This document shows, in pieces, positions 47,359 to 55,502 of a DNA stretch of 64,000 nucleotides. The number at the start of each line of letters is the position of its first letter. Positions within the stretch are counted from its first letter, which is position 1. The translations under genes and the position numbers were made by a program. Location of the stretch: contig CAVUJG010000021.1 of the NCBI GenBank assembly GCA_963741755.1, positions 15,653-79,652 on the forward strand, given 5' to 3'. The notes below the pieces were generated by a model. That model saw only the letters and a list, made by a program, of their open reading frames with translations, was not told the DNA's origin and did no database searches. The stretch is from Ilumatobacteraceae bacterium. Its GTDB lineage: Bacteria > Actinomycetota > Acidimicrobiia > Acidimicrobiales > Ilumatobacteraceae.

Positions 47359-49224
47359 TCAACCTCGAAATTCGGAGTCGATGTCGCGCCTGGCGACATC
47401 CGCTCCGAATTTCGGGGTGTTGGGCGCAGTTTGCGGCGACGCGTACACGAGACAGGCAACGGTGTGGTCGCCGGTCGGCAGCGCAACCGTCAGCGCGGGG
47501 ACGGCGGTGCGGGGGTGAACGAGGCTGGCGTTGACCGCCAGGTTGCGGGCGATCGGGCGCCGCGCCGGCCCGCCCGGTACCAGCAGGTCGACGATCGCCG
47601 AGACACCCATCGCGGTGGCGATCACCGATCGATCCCCGCCCGTGCGGTTCGCGTCACCCATCAGATCGCCGGGCGAGTCGAGCCCGATGGCGAAGCCCGA
47701 CTCGACGCCGACCAGATCCCGGCCGTTGCGGATCCGATGGATCCGTCCGTGACGGGACGCATCGATCGCCCAGCACACCGAGTCGATGCGAACGTCGGGC
47801 CACGGGTGCCACGTGGTCCACGTCATGGCGTCCTCGACGCCCGCGGACTCGATGCCGAGACGGACTCGACGATTGCCCTCGGCGTCGGTGAGCGCCAGCA
47901 TCGAGTCGGTGTGGACCGATCCGAACATGTCGGCGACGTCGCCGCTGAAGCCGAACACCGACGAGTAGGCGAACTTGCGGTACTTGGCAGCGGCCTGTTC
48001 GGGGAAGTCGAGGGCGACGGCAGCGCGGCCGCTCAGGATCACAGCATGGTCGGCGTCGCGGGCGATCACCTGGCCGGCGTCGACGATCGTGATCGGCGCG
48101 GGCAGCGGATCGAGCGGCTCCTCGTCGCTCGTCCAGAACGGATGGTCGGCCGGCGCGGCGAGCGCACCGAAGGCCTTCATGCACCAGTACGGCGAACCGG
48201 CCGAACTGTAGGTCTCCGACAAGCGACGATTGTCGTAGGTGTACCCGATCGACAGCACGCCGTCACGGTCGCTGATCGGCTGGTCGGCCCACCAACGCAG
48301 GTGCCGCATCGACAGGCCGCGCACCGCACCCCACGACAGATCGCTGTCGACATTCGCCCACGCGAGCGCACCCCAGAACGACGACATCGCGAACCGGTAG
48401 GTGAGGCTGCGACCGAAGGGCACGGCCGCGCCGTCGGGCGCGAACCAGTGTTGGATGTCGGCGGCGAACGTGCTCGCCCGCTCGCGGTACGCAGCCGCTC
48501 GCGTGTCATCACCGAGGCCGAGGTCGTTGGCCGCTGCGTACATCAAACCGTAGGTGTGGAACGCGAACGGCACGTAGTAGTCGACGTTTGCGAGCGAGCC
48601 GTCCGCGTACCAGTGGCGACCGACCCGATAGCTGTCGAGCAAGTCGAGCGAGGCCGTGACCTTCGCAGCGTCGAACGGGACCCCGACGCGTTCCAGGCCG
48701 AGGGCGACGAGCACCCGGAAGAACTGCCAGTTGTTCGGATTCGGGTCGTGATCGAAGATCCCGTGCAACCAGGTGACGAGGCGATCGCGCGCTGCCGGCG
48801 ACAGCAGCTCCCAGGTCTGCTCGGGGCAGAACGCAAGGGCGAGTCCGATCGCTGCCTGTTCGACCATCCGCTGGTCGTTGTCGCCCGGGACCGGCCCCCA
48901 GTACTCGGCCGAGTCGGGGTCGGTACCGGCGTCGAGGCCGGCAGCGAAGCGGTCCCAGTGGGCGAAGTCGTAGCCGCCGACGGTGAGTGGCACGATGCCG
49001 TAGAGCGGGCGGGCGAACCCTTCGAGTTCGGCTGTCGACTGTTCGAACACCGACGCGAAACTGCCGAGCCGGACCCTCGCCCCGCCGGGGCTGACGTGTG
49101 GGAGCAGCGGCTCGTACAGATCGACCACCGCTCGGGCAATGTCGTCGCGGGTCGCCAGCGGACCGAGCGCGAGTGGGTTGGCTCGCGGTGTGTCCCACCG
49201 ATCCGTGTCGTTCACGGCCGACAT
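47359..49224 (-). CDS. DUF2264 domain protein
   Basis: ATG is at 49224 (MSAVNDTDRW). Blocks GRHWYADG, YYVPFAFH and SPYWCMKAF are present. The upstream 350 aa of track ORF 47359..50280 is antisense shadow of the dehydrogenase gene. Confidence 0.8.
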   Translation of the reverse strand: MSAVNDTDRWDTPRANPLALGPLATRDDIARAVVDLYEPLLPHVSPGGARVRLGSFASVFEQSTAELEGFARPLYGIVPLTVGGYDFAHWDRFAAGLDAGTDPDSAEYWGPVPGDNDQRMVEQAAIGLALAFCPEQTWELLSPAARDRLVTWLHGIFDHDPNPNNWQFFRVLVALGLERVGVPFDAAKVTASLDLLDSYRVGRHWYADGSLANVDYYVPFAFHTYGLMYAAANDLGLGDDTRAAAYRERASTFAADIQHWFAPDGAAVPFGRSLTYRFAMSSFWGALAWANVDSDLSWGAVRGLSMRHLRWWADQPISDRDGVLSIGYTYDNRRLSETYSSAGSPYWCMKAFGALAAPADHPFWTSDEEPLDPLPAPITIVDAGQVIARDADHAVILSGRAAVALDFPEQAAAKYRKFAYSSVFGFSGDVADMFGSVHTDSMLALTDAEGNRRVRLGIESAGVEDAMTWTTWHPWPDVRIDSVCWAIDASRHGRIHRIRNGRDLVGVESGFAIGLDSPGDLMGDANRTGGDRSVIATAMGVSAIVDLLVPGGPARRPIARNLAVNASLVHPRTAVPALTVALPTGDHTVACLVYASPQTAPNTPKFGADVARRDIDSEFRG

Positions 49225-49245
49225 TGGAGTGCACACTGCCCTCGT

Positions 49246-50271
49246 ATGCAAATGAGCGAACATCGACCGGCGCTGTTGATCGCACACCATCCGTCGCTCG
49301 AGCTCCTCGACCAGGAGGCACTCGACCGGATCAGCGAGGTCGCCGACATCCTCGATCGGCAACCGCTGGGCGACTGGAACGAGCCACGCGCCGACGACCT
49401 GCTGGCGCGGGCCGAGGTGATTCTCGGTCATTGGGGCTGCGCGCCGCTCGATGCGGCGGTGATCGACCGGGCGCCGAACCTCGGTCTGTTCGCCTATGCG
49501 GCCGGCACGGTGAAACAGACGATCAGCCCTGACGTGTTCGGCCGCGACATCCGAGTGACGTCGGGCGCCGACGCCAACGCCGAACCGGTCGCCGAGTTCA
49601 CGTTGGCCACGATCCTCTTCGCGAACAAGGACGTGTTCTGGCAGCGCGACGTCCGCCGCACGCCACGCGATGCGTCGCTGCGCGAGTTCCGTCAACCCCA
49701 CGACATCCCGGTCGGCAACTACGACAAGACCGTCGGCATCGTGGGAGCGTCGTTGATCGGTCGCCGCGTGATCGAGTTGCTCGGCGCGTTCCCCCATCTC
49801 CGCGTGGCGCTGTACGACCCGTTCGTCACCGCGGCCGACGCGGCGACCCTCGGGGTGGCCAAGATGGAGCTCGACGAACTGTGCGCGGGCGTCGACATCC
49901 TGTCGATCCATGCTCCCGACCTGCCGAGCACCCGACACATGATCGGCGCGCCCCAGCTCGCTGCGCTGCGCACGGGAGCGACGGTGATCAACACCGCACG
50001 CGGAGCGCTCCTCGACCACGACGCACTGCTCGCCGAGGTCTCCACCGGACGGCTCTCGGCCGTGCTCGACGTGACCGACCCCGAGCCGCTGCCCGAGGAC
50101 CACCCGCTGTGGGCGTTGCCGAACGTGTTCATCACCCCGCACCTCGCCGGTTCGCTCGGCACCGAGCTGCGCCGCATGATCGATCACGCGGTCGACGAGA
50201 TCGACCGCTGGCGTACCGGCCGCCCCGCCCGCAACGCGATCACCGAGGACATGCTCGACCGCCTCGCGTGA
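49246..50271 (+). CDS. D-isomer-specific 2-hydroxyacid dehydrogenase (NAD-binding)
   Basis: The start is ATG 49246 or 49252. Motifs GIVGASLIGRRV, TARG and TPHLAGS are present. The first 600 aa of track ORF 47431..50271 is antisense shadow of DUF2264. Confidence 0.9.
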   Translation: MQMSEHRPALLIAHHPSLELLDQEALDRISEVADILDRQPLGDWNEPRADDLLARAEVILGHWGCAPLDAAVIDRAPNLGLFAYAAGTVKQTISPDVFGRDIRVTSGADANAEPVAEFTLATILFANKDVFWQRDVRRTPRDASLREFRQPHDIPVGNYDKTVGIVGASLIGRRVIELLGAFPHLRVALYDPFVTAADAATLGVAKMELDELCAGVDILSIHAPDLPSTRHMIGAPQLAALRTGATVINTARGALLDHDALLAEVSTGRLSAVLDVTDPEPLPEDHPLWALPNVFITPHLAGSLGTELRRMIDHAVDEIDRWRTGRPARNAITEDMLDRLA

Positions 50272-50272
50272 C

Positions 50273-50305
50273 ACGTACATCTGGTGTCAGCGACCAGATG
50301 TACGT
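50273..50305. repeat. REP-like palindrome type B, likely bidirectional terminator
   Basis: The sequence ACGTACATCTGG-TGTCAGCGA-CCAGATGTACGT has a perfect 12-bp stem. It lies between convergent stops at 50271 and 50319. Confidence 0.85.
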
Positions 50306-50318
50306 CGGCTCTGACCAG

Positions 50319-51521
50319 TTACCTCGCGATGGCGTAGCGGCGCAGGATACGACGACCGAGCGAGGTCTTGTGGACCTCGTCGGCGCCGTCGTAGATCCGA
50401 GCGGCGCGCTCGTGGCGATACCAGTAGGCGAGCACGGTGTCGTCGGTGACGCCGAGGGCGCCGTGCACCTGGATGGCCGTGTCGACGGCCTTGAGCATCG
50501 TGTTGGCGACCGAGAACTTGATCGCCGCGATCTCGTCGCGTGCAGCCTTTGCACCGTGCTGGTCGATCATCCACGCAGCGTGGAGAGTCTGGAGGCGGGC
50601 GCCGCGGATCTCTGCGTCGAGTTCGGCGGCCCAGTGCTGGATCACCTGGCGGTCGGCCAGCGTGTCGCCGTTCGGGTCGATCACCCGCTCGTTGGCGCGA
50701 GCGCACATGAGGTCGAACGATCGACTGGCGATGCCGAGCCAGCGCATGCAGTGGTGAATTCGGCCCGGGCCGAGACGTTCCTGGGCGATGGTGAATCCAC
50801 CGCCACGCGGACCGAGCAGGTTGCTCATCGGCACCCGGCAACTCTGGTAGATCACCTCGCCGTGGCTGGCATGTCCGCTGCCGGCGTGACCCATCACGCT
50901 GACGTTGCGCACCAGGCCGAAGCCTGGCGTGTCGGTGGGCACCAAGATCATGCTGGTGCGCGCATAGGGCGGCGCATCGGGGTCGGTGACCGCCATCACG
51001 ATCGCGAAGTCGGCGCCGTCGGCCGAACTGGTGAACCACTTCTGGCCGTTGATCACCCACTCGTCACCATCCTCGGCCGCAGTGGTTTCCAGAAGGAGTG
51101 GGTTCGACCCGGCGGTCTCGGGCTCGGTCATCGAGAAGCAGCTGCGGATCTCACCAGCGACCAGCGGACGCAGGTAGCGCTCGCGCTGCTCGTCGGTGGC
51201 ATGCATGTGGAGGATCTCGATGTTGCCGGCATCGGGCGCCTGCGTGCCGAAGACCACATGGCCGAGCGGACTGCGCCCGAGCGCCTCACTGAGCAGCCCA
51301 TGGTCGACCATGCTCAATCCGAGCCCACCGAACTCCACCGGGTGGTTCGGCGCCCACACGCCCATCTGGCGCACCTTGTCCTGTGCGCTACGGACCAGTG
51401 CTTCGAGCGTCGCCGGATCGCCGTGGAGCATCTCGCCCTCGAGCGGGATCACCTCGCGATCCATGAACTCGCGGACCATCTCGAGGATGGTCGTCATCTT
51501 TTCGGAGATTTCGAAATCCAT
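50319..51521 (-). CDS. acyl-CoA dehydrogenase
   Basis: AGGAGG lies before ATG 51521. Typical ACAD blocks are present, including SMTEPETAGSN and the C-terminal IYDGADEV. Confidence 0.9.
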   Translation of the reverse strand: MDFEISEKMTTILEMVREFMDREVIPLEGEMLHGDPATLEALVRSAQDKVRQMGVWAPNHPVEFGGLGLSMVDHGLLSEALGRSPLGHVVFGTQAPDAGNIEILHMHATDEQRERYLRPLVAGEIRSCFSMTEPETAGSNPLLLETTAAEDGDEWVINGQKWFTSSADGADFAIVMAVTDPDAPPYARTSMILVPTDTPGFGLVRNVSVMGHAGSGHASHGEVIYQSCRVPMSNLLGPRGGGFTIAQERLGPGRIHHCMRWLGIASRSFDLMCARANERVIDPNGDTLADRQVIQHWAAELDAEIRGARLQTLHAAWMIDQHGAKAARDEIAAIKFSVANTMLKAVDTAIQVHGALGVTDDTVLAYWYRHERAARIYDGADEVHKTSLGRRILRRYAIAR

Positions 51522-51573
51522 CAGGTTCCTCCTGCGACCACGTTGCCATGAATGCGCCCAGACAGACGAGCCG

Positions 51574-52206
51574 TCAGACGCGACGCGCTCGGCGGCCGGC
51601 CACGATCCCAGCACCGGCGAGGCCGAGCGCGGCGATCACGATGGCTCCGCCGATCCACACATCACCATCCAGCCACCATCGACCGTCAGTTCCGATCGCT
51701 GACGAGCCCGCTGCCGGCGCATCAGGAGTGCCGAAGCTCTCGGGGATCGGCAGACCGCCGAGCGAACGAGTTCCCGAGCAGAGGTTCGACGTGACCTCGC
51801 CGTCCTCCAGGCCCGGCCCCTCACTCCGCCCGAACACCAGGGCCGTGTGACCAACGCTGACCTCGAGTCCGCAGCTCGCACCGTCGCGCGAGGTGACCAC
51901 CGACTGTTGCTCGAATGCCTCGCCCTTGTAGACGGCCGTCACCGCGAACACGAAACGAACCGGATCGTCGGACGACCACGTCATGACGTTGTCCGGGACC
52001 CGGATCTCCTGCAGGGTGCCGACGAATGCCACGTCAGCCTCGGCCAGCGCCTCGTCGTCGGTCAACTGCGCACACGAGCACGCTGCGACCGAGCCAGCAG
52101 CGAGCAGCCACCACGAGAGACCCACCATCGCCAGGCCGGCGAGAGCCCGCCGCAACCAGTCGGCGTACGAACGGTACCCGGTACCGGATGGACGGGGGAG
52201 GGCCAT
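51574..52206 (-). CDS. secreted, C-terminally TM-anchored protein with TIMP N-domain-like (NTR/OB) Cys pattern
   Basis: ATG is at 52206. The signal peptide ends VAA|CSC. The mature sequence is CSCAQL..ADVAFVGT...VYKGE...ASCGLEVSVG..ALVFG...DGEVTSNLCSG. The C-terminus has a TM helix plus RRARRV. Confidence 0.5.
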   Translation of the reverse strand: MALPRPSGTGYRSYADWLRRALAGLAMVGLSWWLLAAGSVAACSCAQLTDDEALAEADVAFVGTLQEIRVPDNVMTWSSDDPVRFVFAVTAVYKGEAFEQQSVVTSRDGASCGLEVSVGHTALVFGRSEGPGLEDGEVTSNLCSGTRSLGGLPIPESFGTPDAPAAGSSAIGTDGRWWLDGDVWIGGAIVIAALGLAGAGIVAGRRARRV

Positions 52207-52259
52207 CGGCAACGGTAGCTCAGCGTTCTCGACAGATTCGGGGCGGGTACCGTCGCGGC

Positions 52260-52655
52260 ATGATCGACGTCGACTCGGCCCGGTACATCTCACTGACCAC
52301 GTTCACGGGCGACGGTCGCCCGAAGCCGACGCCGGTGTGGATCACCGGCAGCGATGGCACCTACCTCTTCTACACGGGCGCTACCGCCTGGAAGACCCGA
52401 CGCCTTCGCAACGACCCCCGAGTCGAGGTGCGAGTCTGCGACATGCGCGGGCGAATCGACGACGATGCCCCCGTCCACACCGGCTCCGCAGATGTGCTCG
52501 ACGACGACGAATCGATCGATCAGGCCAAGCAGGCGGTCGCGTCCAAGTACGGCTGGCAGGCAACGCTCGCTCGCGCTGCGGACTCGGTTCGCGCTCGCAT
52601 CGGCCGGGGAGACACTCCCGTTGCGATCCGCATTCGACTCGATCACGACTCGTAG
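52260..52655 (+). CDS. PPOX-class (F420-dependent-type) small oxidoreductase
   Basis: ATG is at 52260. The pattern is ARYISLTTFTGDGRPKPTPVW...RLRNDPRVEV. Confidence 0.7.
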   Translation: MIDVDSARYISLTTFTGDGRPKPTPVWITGSDGTYLFYTGATAWKTRRLRNDPRVEVRVCDMRGRIDDDAPVHTGSADVLDDDESIDQAKQAVASKYGWQATLARAADSVRARIGRGDTPVAIRIRLDHDS

Positions 52656-52665
52656 AATTGGGACC

Positions 52666-52920
52666 GTGCCCGACGAGCTCCCGCTGCTGCCCGATCAGCC
52701 GAGCCAGGCCGACCAGCTCCGTCGCTTCGGCCCGATCGCCGCCATCGCCATCGTCGCGCTGCTCTTCATCTTCCAGAACACCGAAAGTGCAAACTTCGAC
52801 TTCTTGTGGTTCAACTTCCGCTGGCCGCTGTGGGCCATGCTGCTGGTGTTCATGGCCATCGGGGCCGCCGTTGCATGGGGTGTCGGTCGACGTCGTGCCC
52901 GCCGGGCTCGCAACGACTGA
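52666..52920 (+). CDS. small LapA/DUF1049-like membrane protein
   Basis: GTG is at 52666. It has two TM helices and the FLWFNFRWPLW motif. Confidence 0.55.
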   Translation: MPDELPLLPDQPSQADQLRRFGPIAAIAIVALLFIFQNTESANFDFLWFNFRWPLWAMLLVFMAIGAAVAWGVGRRRARRARND

Positions 52921-52971
52921 ACGCGGCGCTGGATCGACAGCGAGCGGCGCGCGCCGTGTCATGATGCGCCG

Positions 52972-54255
52972 ATGACCAACGACCAGGCGCACGATCGGTA
53001 CCGCGAGGCGGCACAGATCCTCCACGATGTCGCCAAGCCGATGCGGGTGCTCTCAGCACTCGCTTGGCCCGCCGAACTCCGTGAGGAGTTCCTCTCCGGT
53101 GGCGCTGACAAGCTCCCCGAACCCACGTACGCCGGCGTCGACCCGACCTCGGTCCTCGACGGCATCTCGGCCGTGCGGCGTCTCCTCCGTCCCGGCAACG
53201 TGGTCGATGATTGGCTCGATCGCGAAGCCACGGCCATCGAGTCGACGGCGCTGATGCTGTCGACGGTCGGCACTCCTGCGTTCCACGCGTACAGTCGCAA
53301 GCTCTACGGAGTCCCGAGTCAACCGCTTCGCTACGACCCGGCCACCCCGCTCGAACTCGCGCAGAAGGTCCACGACTCGCTGGTCGATCTGCAAGCGGCG
53401 GCCCTGGTGCCGCCCGTCATCCGCAGCCGGACGGGCGAAGAGGTCGCGGCGTTCATCAAAGAGGCCGTCACCGAGCACTTCGGCGACTCGGCTCCCGAGG
53501 TGCTGCTGGTCGACGAGCTGTCCGCCAACGCCGTGGCGTCGACCAGCAGGATCAAGATCCGCCGTGACGCCAAGTTCACGCCGAAGGATTCGGCGCAGCT
53601 CCTGAACCACGAGGCGTTCATCCATGTGGCCACCGGCCTCAACGGGCGAGCGCAGACCGACATCCCGATTCTGGCGATCGGCCACCCCGGCACCACCCGC
53701 ACGCAGGAAGGACTCGCCGTCTACTCCGAGTACGTGTCGGGCACGCTCGGCATGGATCGGCTGCGCCGACTCGCCGACCGGATCGTCGCCACCCAGCTGG
53801 TGATCGACGGTGCCGACTTCATCGAGCTGTACCGGTGGTTCCTCGAGCGCAGCCCGAACCCCGAGCAGGCCTTCGAGTCGACCCGACGGATCTTCCGCGG
53901 TGCACCGATCACCGGCGGCGCCCCGTTCACCAAGGACTGCGCCTACCTGTCGGGCTACCTGTCGGTGGCGACGTTCATCCGGGCGGCGTTCCGGGCGGGT
54001 CGCGCCGACACGCTGGGCCTGCTGTTCTCGGGGAAGCTCGACCTGTTCTCGATCCCGGCGCTCGGCGAACTCCGCAGCCAGGGCCTGGTGAAGCGGGCCC
54101 AGTTCATCCCACCGTGGGCATCGGATCCGGGGTGGGTGCTCGCTCACCTCACGCTGAACACCTTCATGGCCGACATCGACCTGTCAGCGGTGACCGATGC
54201 GATCGCCGATGTGCTCGACCACTGCCCCCGAGTCGAGATCGGGTCGCCGTCTTGA
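52972..54255 (+). CDS. DUF1704 / QEGLA-motif protein (putative carboxypeptidase-like)
   Basis: It contains HEAFIHV and TRTQEGLAVYSE, the name-giving QEGLA motif. Confidence 0.85.
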   Translation: MTNDQAHDRYREAAQILHDVAKPMRVLSALAWPAELREEFLSGGADKLPEPTYAGVDPTSVLDGISAVRRLLRPGNVVDDWLDREATAIESTALMLSTVGTPAFHAYSRKLYGVPSQPLRYDPATPLELAQKVHDSLVDLQAAALVPPVIRSRTGEEVAAFIKEAVTEHFGDSAPEVLLVDELSANAVASTSRIKIRRDAKFTPKDSAQLLNHEAFIHVATGLNGRAQTDIPILAIGHPGTTRTQEGLAVYSEYVSGTLGMDRLRRLADRIVATQLVIDGADFIELYRWFLERSPNPEQAFESTRRIFRGAPITGGAPFTKDCAYLSGYLSVATFIRAAFRAGRADTLGLLFSGKLDLFSIPALGELRSQGLVKRAQFIPPWASDPGWVLAHLTLNTFMADIDLSAVTDAIADVLDHCPRVEIGSPS

Positions 54256-54270
54256 GGTTCCCGTCCGTGA

Positions 54271-54630
54271 TCAGTCGCGGACGGTGTCGCGCAGGTGCTT
54301 GTTGTTGCGTGGTTCCGACTTGGTCTTCATGTCGGTGACCTGACGGATCATCTCGTCGCGCACCTCGTTGAGCGCCCGATCGAGGTCGGTGTTCGACGAC
54401 GTCGCGACGAGCGGGTCGTGTCCGTCGACCTTGAGGTCGAGGGTGACGTGCTGGCTCTTGGTGTCGCGCTCTTTCACGTACAGCTGCATCGACACGGTTC
54501 CGGCGTCGAACGAACGCAGTCGTGCGTCGAGCTTCGACCAGTGGTCGACGAGCTTGTCGAGGTCGGCCTGGTGCAGGTCGCCGTGCACGGTGAGACTGTC
54601 GGCCACGGTGGCCGGATGCTGATTCGTCAT
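54271..54630 (-). CDS. HPF/RaiA-family ribosome-associated protein
   Basis: AAGGAG lies before ATG 54630. The call rests on size and pattern (LDARLRSF...LYVKERD....LDLKV...LDRALNEVRDEM). Confidence 0.6.
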   Translation of the reverse strand: MTNQHPATVADSLTVHGDLHQADLDKLVDHWSKLDARLRSFDAGTVSMQLYVKERDTKSQHVTLDLKVDGHDPLVATSSNTDLDRALNEVRDEMIRQVTDMKTKSEPRNNKHLRDTVRD

Positions 54631-54812
54631 CACTTCTCCTTCGGAGCGGTGGGCAGGTCGCCCGTCCTCTGACTCCATTCAATCCGACTTCGTGCGATCA
54701 CGCCCAAACCGACCTCGTTTGCTTCGACGCCCGTCGCCGCTGCGAGCTTCGATGACAGCGCCGTCTGGATCGATGTATCTGGAGGAGAGACCCCGTTGCG
54801 TCGCCAGATCGT

Positions 54813-54827
54813 ATCAGATAATCTGAT
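54813..54827. promoter_or_regulatory. perfect palindrome ATCAGAT-A-ATCTGAT, candidate operator of the VapBC module
   Basis: It ends 3 nt before the antitoxin ATG 54831 and lies in a locally AT-richer stretch. Confidence 0.55.
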
Positions 54828-54830
54828 CTC

Positions 54831-55073
54831 ATGTCCGAGGTGACCGCAACTGATGCAGCACGACGATTCGCAGACCTGCTGGATTCAGTCGAGCATGACG
54901 GGCAGCGTTACACGATCATCCGACACGGTCGCGCCGTTGCACAGATCGATCCGGTCTCGCGCGGGCGAGGGGCGGACACCAAGAGCTTGTTGCGTCGACA
55001 ACGCCCTGACTCGGACTGGGCGTCTTCGCTCGACGAGGTTCGGGGACTCGTTGAGATCGAAGAACGCCAGTGA
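54831..55073 (+). CDS. type II antitoxin (Phd/YefM-like)
   Basis: The 80-aa protein begins TATDAARRFADLLDSVEHDGQRYTIIRHGRAVA. Its stop overlaps the toxin start by 4 nt. Confidence 0.85.
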   Translation: MSEVTATDAARRFADLLDSVEHDGQRYTIIRHGRAVAQIDPVSRGRGADTKSLLRRQRPDSDWASSLDEVRGLVEIEERQ

Positions 55074-55469
55074 CGCTGCTGCTGCTCGACACGACGTTTC
55101 TCATCGACGCCGAACGCAGCGACGCTGAACTCGACAGTGCGATCGATGACACCGACGATGTTGCGATTGCGGCGATCACCGTCGCCGAATTGCTGGTAGG
55201 TGTTGGCCTCGCTTCGGGTCGGCGCCGAAGCCAGCGGCAGCGCTTTGTCGACGAGATCTGCGACGTGATCCCGATCCTCGCCTACGACCAGAACGTTGCC
55301 TCCGAACACGCTGAACTGCTTGTTGCAGTCAGGAGAGCCGGTCGGCCGAGAGGGGCGCACGACCTCATCATCGCTGCCACTGCGCGCGGCATCGAAACGC
55401 GCCGTCGTGAGTGGTGACCTCTCCGCCTTCACGGATCTCCCCGGCGTGACGATCCGCGATCACCGGTAG
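55070..55469 (+). CDS. vapC: VapC PIN-domain toxin, frameshift near the 3' end
   Basis: It starts LLLDTTFLID (first acidic residue) and has AITVAELL and HDLIIAATAR. The annotated frame stops at 55417. The conserved end SKRAVVSGDLSAFTDLPGV is in another frame and ends at TAG 55467-55469. Confidence 0.8.
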
Positions 55470-55502
55470 CCAGATCGGCCCAATCTCACCTTCCGGTCGA
55501 AC

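Noticed and set aside
47359-50280. Mutually antisense giant ORFs (973 aa on the - strand, 946 aa on the + strand)
   Set aside because: Each contains one real gene (DUF2264 at 47359-49224, dehydrogenase at 49246-50271). The remainder is the antisense shadow of the other gene, with Arg/His-rich unconserved sequence.
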